Shown in pieces: positions 1-7,933 of a DNA stretch of 50,020 bases. The stretch's first letter is position 1. Every line of letters begins with the position of its first letter. Under the pieces are notes generated by a model, which saw only the letters and a program-made list of their open reading frames with translations, was not told the DNA's origin and did not search any database. The stretch is from Actinomycetales bacterium (GTDB taxonomy: Bacteria > Actinomycetota > Actinomycetes > Actinomycetales > CAVURS01). The DNA lies in the NCBI GenBank assembly GCA_045807245.1, contig JBJMHS010000069.1:1-50020 (forward strand). The letters are read 5' to 3'. The translations under genes were made by a program, and so were the position numbers.

Positions 1-172
1 CGGACGGCCCCTCTTGCCGGTAGCGCTGGGCCCACTTGCCCGCCGTCTTCCAGCTCGTCATGAACAGCTGAGCCACCTGAGCCGTCGGGACCTCGCCATC
101 GACGATCATCTGAGCCAGTTTCAGCCGCTGCCGCGGCGTCAGGGCAGCGTTGGAATGGGTAGCGTGAGACAC
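1..172 (-). CDS. IS481-family transposase, N-terminal part (runs off the window; not in the ORF track)
   Basis: Manual translation from GTG at 172: MSHATHSNAALTPRQRLKLAQMIVDGEVPTAQVAQLFMTSWKTAGKWAQRYRQEGPS, matching the IS481 leucine-zipper/HTH N-terminus; GGAGG RBS upstream. Confidence 0.9.
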   Translation of the reverse strand, partial: MSHATHSNAALTPRQRLKLAQMIVDGEVPTAQVAQLFMTSWKTAGKWAQRYRQEGPS

Positions 173-271
173 GAAGACCTCCTGGGCGTGAAGCGGTTTC
201 TAGACAGCTCCACTCCACACCGGGAGGTCTTCACCCATCTACAACATCAGATCGTCTCGTCACACCGATTC

Positions 272-294
272 GACCAACGTGCCTGGACATCACA
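272..294 (-). repeat. Probable left terminal inverted repeat of the IS481 element
   Basis: TGTGATGTCCAGGCACGTTGGTC; the partner IR is outside the window so its exact length is unconfirmed. Confidence 0.7.
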
Positions 295-295
295 G

Positions 296-1870
296 CTAGA
301 ACGGCGGGTCGGGGCCGGCCACGTCGGCATGGGCCACCGGGTAGCTCGGATACTGGCGCCCGGACGGTGTCGTGTAGGTGAGTCGGTGGTTGGCGTCACC
401 GGTCACCGCGACCAACCGGTCGGTCTTGAGCTGGTGGTCCCGCTTGCCGGCGGCCGCCAGGTTGGCCGGGGTGGTAGGCCCTCCGGCCGCGGGCGTCGAC
501 TGCGCGTACTCCCGCACGTGATCGAGCTCCAGCCGGGTGGCACCGCTGGTCGGGAAGCGGGTCTGCCGGCCGTCGCGCGCGCGCACGAACTCGTCCATCC
601 GCGGCGGTGGCCGGTAGGCCCGTGAGAGATCCGTGGCCACTCCGTCGGCCGGGTCGTAGAGCAGGCGTCGCCATCGGACGCCCCTCCGGTGGGCCAGCTC
701 CCGGGCCAGCTCGGCCGGCAAGGGCAGCGGCCCGCGCGGTCCGTGCAGCGTGGCCGGCTCCTCGTCGAGGCCGAGCATCGTCGTCGCCGCCACGGTCAAA
801 TGGACCAGGGGGGCGTCAGAACGCGGCACTTCGAGCTCGACGCAACCAGTGGCGACACGTCCCGGTCGGACCACCACCGTGCCGTGGGCTCCCTCGGTGA
901 GCCAGCCGGTGGCGATGTCGGCGCGGAGCTGGTCGAGCGTGCGCGGGTCACCGGCCCGCCGAGCGGCCCGGGCCGCCTCGTCGACGTTGCAGTAGGCCGC
1001 GGCCGCGTGGACCGCGGTGGTGTGCAGCGAGAAGCTGGTCATGCCGTCCGGATGGCTCTCGAACGCCACTCGACGGCCGGAGCGGGCCTCCGCGGCGCGC
1101 TCGGCGAGGAAGTCCGCGTCGAGGCGCGGGGCCTCGCGCGTGACCATGGCCCGGAGCCGGCCCGGCGGCACCGACCAGAGAGTGACCCCGTCACGCTCGA
1201 GCTCCCGGAAGAGGGGGTACGGGCGACCGGCGGCGTCGGCGTCGGTGACCGGCTCGTCCAGGTCGAGGTCGTCGCCCTCGGGCGAGTCGTCCGGCCCGAG
1301 AAAGCCGGTCAGCAGCCGGGCGCGGTGCTCCGACCGGACCGGATCTGCTGGCGGCCGGGCCCGGTCCAGGTCGCGCAGCCCGGCCAGGACCACACGAGCC
1401 TGGGCGACGTCCAGGTCGCCACGCGCCAACGCGCCACCGATGCGTGGGAACTCCTGCAGATCCAGCGCCAGGTCCAGCTCGCTGTCGGCCATGACCAGCG
1501 ATACGCCGAGCACCAGCGAGAGCTCCATCGCGACGCGCCGCTCGGCGAACTGGCGCTCCTGGGTCCCGCCCTGCGCCGCTGTGTGCGGCGCCGCTGTGTC
1601 CTGGGTCGCCTCGGACAGCGCCGACCGGTGCACCGACGCGACGACCACTGCGCGCTTGGCCGCCGACCAGGCATCCAGCCGAGCACTCGCCCGTACCAGG
1701 TCGAGCCGCTCGCAGTCGGTGAGGCGGGACAGGGCCTCGGGCCGGGTGAGCTCGTCAACCAGGGCGGCCAGCTCCGCGCCCTCCGCTCGGTCGAGGCGTG
1801 CGATTGCCCTCGTCAGCCGAGGGGTCTGCCGCGCCTTCGCCATCTCCATGGGTCGGATCTTATCGGACAT
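296..1870 (-). CDS. DUF222 (13E12-repeat-like) protein with C-terminal HNH endonuclease motif
   Basis: Motifs DPRTLDQLRADI, WRRLLYDPADG, YRPPPRMDEFVRARD, ELDH...GGPTTPANL...HQLKT and terminal PDPPF; start taken at ATG 1870 because the longer ORF overlaps the GT4 gene. Confidence 0.88.
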   Translation of the reverse strand: MSDKIRPMEMAKARQTPRLTRAIARLDRAEGAELAALVDELTRPEALSRLTDCERLDLVRASARLDAWSAAKRAVVVASVHRSALSEATQDTAAPHTAAQGGTQERQFAERRVAMELSLVLGVSLVMADSELDLALDLQEFPRIGGALARGDLDVAQARVVLAGLRDLDRARPPADPVRSEHRARLLTGFLGPDDSPEGDDLDLDEPVTDADAAGRPYPLFRELERDGVTLWSVPPGRLRAMVTREAPRLDADFLAERAAEARSGRRVAFESHPDGMTSFSLHTTAVHAAAAYCNVDEAARAARRAGDPRTLDQLRADIATGWLTEGAHGTVVVRPGRVATGCVELEVPRSDAPLVHLTVAATTMLGLDEEPATLHGPRGPLPLPAELARELAHRRGVRWRRLLYDPADGVATDLSRAYRPPPRMDEFVRARDGRQTRFPTSGATRLELDHVREYAQSTPAAGGPTTPANLAAAGKRDHQLKTDRLVAVTGDANHRLTYTTPSGRQYPSYPVAHADVAGPDPPF

Positions 1871-1878
1871 ATGTTCGA
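1863..1878. promoter_or_regulatory. LexA (SOS) box overlapping the DUF222 start codon
   Basis: Minus strand TCGAAC-ATAT-GTCCGA versus actinobacterial consensus TCGAAC-N4-GTTCGA (one mismatch). Confidence 0.8.
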
Positions 1879-1896
1879 TATAGCAATGGACTGCTC

Positions 1897-3072
1897 TTAA
1901 CCGTGCACAACCAGGTTCAGCGCCTCGGCCGCCCGGGCGGCGACGGCAGACAGCGAGGCGTTGTCGCGGGTCCACCGCACCAGGCGCTCGCGCGCCGCCT
2001 GCGGCCACGGGTCGCCGTCGAGCGCGTCCGTCATCGCCTCGGCGACCGCGGCGGGGTCGTGGGCGACGGCCCAGCCCAGCCGCTGGTCGGCGACGAGCCG
2101 TTGCCCCGCCCCGGCGCCGGCGAAGATGACCGGCACCCCGCACGCCGTCGCGGCGTACACCTTGGTCGGCTTCGCGAAGTCATACCCGATCCCCGGCCTG
2201 ATGGAGACGAGCGCCGCGCGTGCCCCGCGGATCCAGCCGGCCGCTTCAGCGGGCGGGACGACACCGCGGAACTCGATGCCGTCCGGGCACAGCCGCGCGG
2301 CCAGCGCTCGCAACGCAGGTTCGTCGGCGCCCTGCCCCAGGAAGACGAGCCGGGTCTCCGGCCGATCCCCGTGAACCGTCGCGAAGGCGCGGACGAGCAC
2401 GTCCACGCCCTGCCACTGGGACATGGTCCCCGCGTACACGAGATAGGGGCCCGACCCGCCCGCCGACGGCCCGTCCGGCCGGAACAGGGCAGTGTCCACA
2501 CCGTTGCCCACGACGGCGACCCGGCTGCCGGGCACGCCGAGGGCCCGCACCCGCTCACCGACCTCCTCGCTGACCGCCAGCACGAGCCGGGCCCCGCGCA
2601 GCACCCAGGACTCCAGCCGGCGAAGGACGAGGACCAGCAGCGCCGGTGCGCCGCCGGACGCCAGGGCGTCGCTGAGGACGTCCGCGGCGTAGTAGGCGTA
2701 GGGCCGCCGCCACAGCGCGCACACCAGCCGGACGACGAGACCGGTGGTCGGCGGCGGCTCGACCACCACGAGCCGGGCCGGCCGGCGAGCCAACAGGCGG
2801 GCGGCCAGCGGCAGGTCGAAGCTCAGGTAGGGGACGTACCCGCGGACCACGCCGGCCTTGTCGCGCAGCGCCGGAAGCCGCCGAACCCGGACACGTGGGT
2901 CGTCCTCGACCGGGCCGGAGCCGGGCGGCGGCACCGTCGTCAGCACCTCGACCGCACGGTCGAGGTCGGCCAGCGCGCTCGCGAGCGCGCGCAGCCGGAG
3001 CGCAGCGGCCGCCGCTTCGGGCGCGAACAGGCGGGTCGCCAGCACCACCCGAGGCGGGCCGGCCATGCTCAC
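1897..3072 (-). CDS. Glycosyltransferase family 4 (GT-B)
   Basis: VVGNGVDTALFRP, LVYAGTMSQWQGVDVL, PTKVYAATACGVPVI; start overlaps the upstream stop (GTGA). Confidence 0.9.
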   Translation of the reverse strand: MSMAGPPRVVLATRLFAPEAAAAALRLRALASALADLDRAVEVLTTVPPPGSGPVEDDPRVRVRRLPALRDKAGVVRGYVPYLSFDLPLAARLLARRPARLVVVEPPPTTGLVVRLVCALWRRPYAYYAADVLSDALASGGAPALLVLVLRRLESWVLRGARLVLAVSEEVGERVRALGVPGSRVAVVGNGVDTALFRPDGPSAGGSGPYLVYAGTMSQWQGVDVLVRAFATVHGDRPETRLVFLGQGADEPALRALAARLCPDGIEFRGVVPPAEAAGWIRGARAALVSIRPGIGYDFAKPTKVYAATACGVPVIFAGAGAGQRLVADQRLGWAVAHDPAAVAEAMTDALDGDPWPQAARERLVRWTRDNASLSAVAARAAEALNLVVHG

Positions 3073-4148
3073 GCCCCGGCGGACGTCACCGCGTTGACCG
3101 ACCGGACGATGTGCTCCAGGTCGGCGTCGCTGAGCGCCGGGTGGACGGGCAGCGACATGACCTCACGGGCCGCGCGCTCGGTCTCGGGCAGGTCGAGCGT
3201 CCGCGCGAACGACGGCAGCCGGTGGTTCGGCACCGGGTAGTAGACGCCCGTGCCCACGCCGTACTCCTCCCGCAGCGCGGTGACAGCGCCGTCGCGGTCG
3301 TCCGGCACCCGCACGGTGTACTGGTGGTAGACGTGCGTCGCTACCTCGGACACGGGCGGCGTGACGACGTTCTCGAGGTGGGCGTCCAGGTACGCGGCGT
3401 TGGCCTGGCGCTGAGCCGTCCAGCCGGGCAGCTTGGTGAGCTGGACCCGCCCGATGGCCGCGTGGATGTCGGTCATCCGGTTGTTGAGCCCGACCACCTC
3501 GTTCTGGTACTGCCGCTCCATGCCCTGGTTGCGCAGCAGCCGGATCTGGCGGGCGAGCGTCTCCGTGGCACAGGCGACCATGCCGCCCTCGCCCGACGTC
3601 ATGTTCTTGGTCGGGTACAGGCTGAACATCGCGAAGTCCCCGAACGACCCGACCGGCCGCCCGTCGTACGTCGCCGCGTGCGCCTGCGCCGCGTCCTCGA
3701 ACAGCTGCAGCCCGTGCCGGTCCGCCACCGCCTCCAGCGCGCCCAGGTCAGCGGGGTGGCCGTACAGGTGCACCGGCAGCACAGCGGCCGTGCGGGCCGT
3801 GACCGACGCCTCGACCGCCTCGGCCGCGAGGCCGAAGAACTCCGGCTCGATGTCGGCGAACACCGGCGTGGCGCCGGTCAGCGCGACCGAGTTCGCCGTG
3901 GCAGCGAACGTGAACGACGGCACGATGACCTCGTCGCCCGGGCCGATGCCCGCGGCTAGCAGGCCGAGGTGGAGGCCCGAGGTGCCCGAGTTGACCGCCA
4001 CGCAGGTCCGGCCGCCCACGAGCGCGTCGGCGAACTCGGTCTCGAACGCCGCCACCTCGGGGCCCTGCGCGACCATGCCGCTGCGCAGCACGCGGTCGAC
4101 CGCGGCGCGCTCCTCGTCGCCGATCAGCGGCTTCGCGGCGGGAATCAT
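3069..4148 (-). CDS. DegT/DnrJ/EryC1/StrS sugar aminotransferase (WbpE/WlbC-like)
   Basis: MIPAAKP start, AVNSGTSGLHL, VHLYG, EDAAQAH, PLP-Lys motif FSLYPTKNMTSGEGG; ATGA overlap with the upstream gene. Confidence 0.95.
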   Translation of the reverse strand: MIPAAKPLIGDEERAAVDRVLRSGMVAQGPEVAAFETEFADALVGGRTCVAVNSGTSGLHLGLLAAGIGPGDEVIVPSFTFAATANSVALTGATPVFADIEPEFFGLAAEAVEASVTARTAAVLPVHLYGHPADLGALEAVADRHGLQLFEDAAQAHAATYDGRPVGSFGDFAMFSLYPTKNMTSGEGGMVACATETLARQIRLLRNQGMERQYQNEVVGLNNRMTDIHAAIGRVQLTKLPGWTAQRQANAAYLDAHLENVVTPPVSEVATHVYHQYTVRVPDDRDGAVTALREEYGVGTGVYYPVPNHRLPSFARTLDLPETERAAREVMSLPVHPALSDADLEHIVRSVNAVTSAGA

Positions 4149-4744
4149 TGAGCCTCCTGCAGACCTGGGCGGCCGTCCGGCCGCACCACGTACCTGGTTC
4201 CGTCGCGGGGGCAGCGCCAGTCCTCGCCGTCGGCGACGAGCGGTACGCCGGCCTTGCCGACCCAGCCCACCTGGCGGGCCGGCACGCCCACGACCAGGGC
4301 GTGGTCGGGTACGTCGCGGGTGACCACCGCGCCGGCGGCCACTGTCGCCCACCGGCCGATGCGTACCGGCGCCACGCACACCGCGCGGGCCCCGATCGAT
4401 GCCCCCTCCCCGACCACGACGCCGACCGGGTCCCAGTCGGACGCGGACTTCACGGTCAGGTCGGGGTTCACGGCCCGCGGGTACGTGTCGTTGGTCAGGA
4501 CGGCGGCCGGGCCCACGAAGACACCGTCCGCGAGCTCGGCCGGCTCGTAGACCAGCGCGTAGTTCTGCACCTTGCAGCCATGGCCCAGCCGCACGCCGGA
4601 CCCGATGTAGGCACCCCGCCCGATGACGCAGTCCCTGCCGAGCTGGGCGTCCTCGCGGATCTGGGCGAGGTGCCACACGCTGGTCCCCTCCCCGATGCGC
4701 GCGGAGGCGGCCACATCAGCACTGTCCACGATCTGCCCCGACAC
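4145..4744 (-). CDS. Hexapeptide-repeat sugar N-acetyltransferase (WbpD/WlbB-like)
   Basis: IGEGTSVWHLAQIRE, CKVQN, VFVGPAAVLTNDTYPR, VAAGAVVTRDVPDHALVVGVPAR; GTG 4744 preferred over TTG 4753. Confidence 0.92.
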   Translation of the reverse strand: MSGQIVDSADVAASARIGEGTSVWHLAQIREDAQLGRDCVIGRGAYIGSGVRLGHGCKVQNYALVYEPAELADGVFVGPAAVLTNDTYPRAVNPDLTVKSASDWDPVGVVVGEGASIGARAVCVAPVRIGRWATVAAGAVVTRDVPDHALVVGVPARQVGWVGKAGVPLVADGEDWRCPRDGTRYVVRPDGRPGLQEAQ

Positions 4745-4752
4745 GAGGGACA

Positions 4753-5427
4753 ATGCTAGGCGTGCCCGACACGTGGGTCGTGATCCCGCTGTTCAACGAG
4801 GCGGCGGTCATCGGCGACGTCGTGAAGCACGTCGTCGACACCTTCCCTGGCGTCGTGTGCGTCGACGACGGCAGCACCGACGGCTCGGGCGACCTGGCCC
4901 GGTCGGCCGGGGCGGTCGTCGTACGGCATCCGGTCAACCTGGGGCAGGGTGCCGCCCTGCAGACCGGCATCTGCTACGCCCTGCGGGACCAGCAGATGCA
5001 GTACGTCGTCACGTTTGACGGTGACGGCCAGCACGGTGCGGACGATGCGGCCCTCATGGTGGAGCGGCTGCGCCGGGACGAGGCCGACATCGTCTTCGGC
5101 TCGCGGTTCCTCGACTCGCGCACGCAGTCCGGCTGGGCCAAGCGGGCGCTGCTGCGGGCCGCCGTCGCGTACACGAACCTGACCACGCACGTACGGCTCA
5201 CCGACGCGCACAACGGCCTCCGAGCGTTCAACCGCAAGGCGGCCGAGACGCTGGACATCCGGCAGAACCGCATGGCCCATGCCTCGGAGATCGTGGCGCA
5301 GGTCGGGCAGGCCCGGCTGCGCTGGGCCGAGCAACCGGTGCACATCCGCTACACCGACTACTCGCGGGCCAAGGGCCAGTCCAAGCTGAACGCCGTGAAC
5401 ATCGTGGTCGAGCTGCTGTTCAAGTGA
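4753..5427 (+). CDS. GT2 polyprenyl-phosphate HexNAc synthase (PpgS/Rv3631- or GacI-like)
   Basis: WVVIPLFNEAAVI, VCVDDGSTDG, RHPVNLGQGAALQTG, TFDGDGQH, LTDAHNGLRAF; true start may be GTG 4762. Confidence 0.9.
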   Translation: MLGVPDTWVVIPLFNEAAVIGDVVKHVVDTFPGVVCVDDGSTDGSGDLARSAGAVVVRHPVNLGQGAALQTGICYALRDQQMQYVVTFDGDGQHGADDAALMVERLRRDEADIVFGSRFLDSRTQSGWAKRALLRAAVAYTNLTTHVRLTDAHNGLRAFNRKAAETLDIRQNRMAHASEIVAQVGQARLRWAEQPVHIRYTDYSRAKGQSKLNAVNIVVELLFK

Positions 5428-5437
5428 CGGGAGTCCC

Positions 5438-5797
5438 ATGCTGACCATCCAGGTCCTGCTGATCGCGTCGGTGGGCTTCATCGCGCTGTTCCTGCTCCGC
5501 GCGACCGCCGGGGTGCGGCACCAGGCCATCCGGCGCGTCCTGCTGCTCGGGTTCGCCCTGTTGGCCGTCGTGTCGATCCTGGCGCCGAACTGGGTCACCC
5601 GCGTGGCTCACCTGGTCGGTGTCGGGCGTGGCACCGACCTGCTGCTCTACGCCCTGATCGTGACCTTCCTCGGGTACACCTCGACGTCGTACCGGCGGTT
5701 CCGCACCATCGAGCGCCGGCTGACCGAGCTGACCCGGCAGATCGCGCTCGACGAGGCCGGCCGGCCACCGAGCACCCCGGTCACCGACGCGCGATGA
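5438..5797 (+). CDS. DUF2304 small membrane protein (Rv3632/GacJ-like GT2 partner)
   Basis: Three hydrophobic segments, VGVGRGTDLLLY motif, C-terminal LTELTRQIAL; directly after the GT2. Confidence 0.9.
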   Translation: MLTIQVLLIASVGFIALFLLRATAGVRHQAIRRVLLLGFALLAVVSILAPNWVTRVAHLVGVGRGTDLLLYALIVTFLGYTSTSYRRFRTIERRLTELTRQIALDEAGRPPSTPVTDAR

Positions 5798-7220
5798 CCG
5801 GGAGCACCCGCCGTACGTCGCGCCAGCTCACCACCAGCCAGACCACGGCGAAACCCGCCGCGAGCGCGAGGCAGCGCAGGTCGCCGGCGTCGGATCGCTC
5901 TTCGTAGACCGCCAGCCCGACCAGGACCGCGACGGCCAGGACGAAGCGCACGGCCAGCCCCGTCCAGTGGTGCTGCTCCCTGCGCCAGACGACGACGAGC
6001 GGCGGGAAGGCGATGGCGGCCGACCCGATGAGGAACCCGACGGCCACGCCGGTGACGTCGTACAGCGGGACGAGGACCGCCCATGAGGCGCAACCGACGA
6101 GCATCCCGACGACGCTCGTCGTCGCGGAGATGCGCATGCCGCGCTGGCTGGTGCTGGTCAGGAAGTTCACCGCCGCGACAACGACGGTCGAGCACAGCAC
6201 GGCGACGAGCATGATGGGCAGGATCGTGCCTGCGCCGCTGAACTCCTGGCGGTACGCGATGCGCAGGACGACCTGGCTGAGCAGGACGACGATGCCGAAC
6301 AGCCCGACCATCAGGACGACGAGCGCCCTGGTGCCGAGGTCGGTCTGGGCCCGCAGCGAGGCCCGGTCCTCCCGGCCATGGGCCTCGGACATGGAGGGGA
6401 AGAGCACCAGGCCGAACGACCGGGACAGCAAGGAGGCGGGCGTGGCGAGGGAGAGCGCGGCGGCGTACAGGCCGGCCTCGTGCGGCGAGTTCGCCGCTCT
6501 GGCCAGGACGTTCGACAGCTGCAGGAAGCCGGTGCTGGCCAGCGTGCCGATGACGCCGAGCATCACGAAGCCGTCCATCTCGCGGCGCAGCTCAGGGTCC
6601 GGCCGGTCCTTCGTCGCGCGGGGCCAGTTGACGACGGCGTAGAGCGCGTAGCCCAGGACGAGCGGCAGCAGGAGCAACGCCACCGCGTGCGAGGTGACGA
6701 CGAGGACCAGGACCACGACGGACGCGGTCGCGCTCGCGACGTCCCACACGGTCGCCCGCTGCACCTGGCCGGCGCCGAACTGCAGGCCGCGGGTGAACGC
6801 GTAGCCGGAGTAGGCGAGGGTCAGCAGGGCGGTCATCCCCGCGGCCGCCGGGCCGGTGTCCAGGACGGTGAACGCGACGACTCCCGCGCAGACGGCCAGA
6901 ACGAGGGACGAGCTGACCGTGCGCCGGGCGAGGTGCGCCGCGACGCCTTCGACGTCGTGCTCGCGCTGGGCGCCCCGGGCGATGGCCACGAACTTCGCGG
7001 CCGCCGTACCGGTCGCGGTGGGCCACAACAGGCTCGCGAACAAGGCGAGCGACACCGGCGCCGACGCCGCGCCGAGGACGGCCGGGCCGGACGAGCGCCC
7101 GATCAGCAGGCTGAACAGGAACCGGACGACTCCCTGGACGCCGATGCCGACCGTGCTGAGTGCGGCCCGCGTCGAGACGGCGGCCGGGGACGTGCGGCCG
7201 AGGTCGAGCCGGCCCAGCAT
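5781..7220 (-). CDS. Polysaccharide flippase (Wzx/MOP superfamily)
   Basis: Multi-TM protein, EAGLYAAALSLA motif, location in a glycan cluster; start at ATG 7220. Confidence 0.82.
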   Translation of the reverse strand: MLGRLDLGRTSPAAVSTRAALSTVGIGVQGVVRFLFSLLIGRSSGPAVLGAASAPVSLALFASLLWPTATGTAAAKFVAIARGAQREHDVEGVAAHLARRTVSSSLVLAVCAGVVAFTVLDTGPAAAGMTALLTLAYSGYAFTRGLQFGAGQVQRATVWDVASATASVVVLVLVVTSHAVALLLLPLVLGYALYAVVNWPRATKDRPDPELRREMDGFVMLGVIGTLASTGFLQLSNVLARAANSPHEAGLYAAALSLATPASLLSRSFGLVLFPSMSEAHGREDRASLRAQTDLGTRALVVLMVGLFGIVVLLSQVVLRIAYRQEFSGAGTILPIMLVAVLCSTVVVAAVNFLTSTSQRGMRISATTSVVGMLVGCASWAVLVPLYDVTGVAVGFLIGSAAIAFPPLVVVWRREQHHWTGLAVRFVLAVAVLVGLAVYEERSDAGDLRCLALAAGFAVVWLVVSWRDVRRVLPVIARR

Positions 7221-7255
7221 GCGCGACTGCCCTTGCTCGCTCAACCGGAGCTCGC

Positions 7256-7912
7256 TCAGGTCCGGCGCGAGAACAGGAAGAGCTCCGAGACCAGGTCGAC
7301 GCCGGCCGGCGGCGCCACCCGCTCGGTCAGCTGCCACTGCGGCGCGTTGGCGGCGACCCACGGCGTGAACGGGCGGTATCGCTCGTGCGGGCCGCCGGGC
7401 CGCTCGGCGTCGCGCGCGCAGATGACGACGTACCGGTCCGCGCTGGCGAACAGCTGGGCCAGGTAGGTGGCGAACACGTCGGGCTCGACCAGGTGGAACA
7501 GCACCTCCATGGACAGCGCGAGGTCCGCGCGCAGCCAGCCGGCCGGATCGTGGCAGGCGCTGGGGTCGTAGGCGAGGAAGCTCTTCGTGTCGTCGGCGGC
7601 GAACCGGGCCGCGCACTGCTGGACCGCCGCCGGCGACACGTCCAGCCCGAGGTACCGCGGGTAGCGCGCCAGGCTCAGCTGGTTGCCGTCGCCGCAGCCG
7701 AGGTCGACGACGGACCGTACGCCGAGCGACTCGACCCAGCCGTTGACGACGTCGGCCTTCCACTGCGCCTGTACGCCGTACGAGCCGGCACCGGAGCTGC
7801 CGCCGCTCGCATAGCGGTCCCGCCAGTAGCTGCCCGAGCCGCGGAAGCGGAGCTGGCCGCCGACGCGCGCTGCCCGCGTTCGCAGGCCGGCGAGAGGTCC
7901 AGCGGCGTTCAC
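7256..7912 (-). CDS. Class I SAM-dependent methyltransferase
   Basis: SVVDLGCGDGNQL motif I, YLGLDVS, DLALSMEVLFHL. Confidence 0.88.
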   Translation of the reverse strand: MNAAGPLAGLRTRAARVGGQLRFRGSGSYWRDRYASGGSSGAGSYGVQAQWKADVVNGWVESLGVRSVVDLGCGDGNQLSLARYPRYLGLDVSPAAVQQCAARFAADDTKSFLAYDPSACHDPAGWLRADLALSMEVLFHLVEPDVFATYLAQLFASADRYVVICARDAERPGGPHERYRPFTPWVAANAPQWQLTERVAPPAGVDLVSELFLFSRRT

Positions 7913-7933
7913 GTCCCGAGGCTAGCGTCGAGG

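Larger units (their letters stand above)
1..294 (-). mobile_element. IS481-family insertion sequence, left end (rest lies outside the window)
   Basis: Minus strand starts 5'-TGTGATGTCCAGGCACGTTGGTC at 294 (TGT terminus typical of IS481), is flanked by GCTAGA (NCTAGN target) and contains an IS481-type transposase N-terminus. Confidence 0.88.

Noticed and set aside
14..625. 203-aa plus-strand ORF at the window start
   Set aside because: Antisense shadow of the IS481 transposase and the DUF222 3' end; no recognisable motifs.
1871..2143. N-terminal extension of the DUF222 ORF to 2143
   Set aside because: Overlaps the GT4 gene in another frame and is low-complexity Arg/Gly; the SOS box points to ATG 1870.
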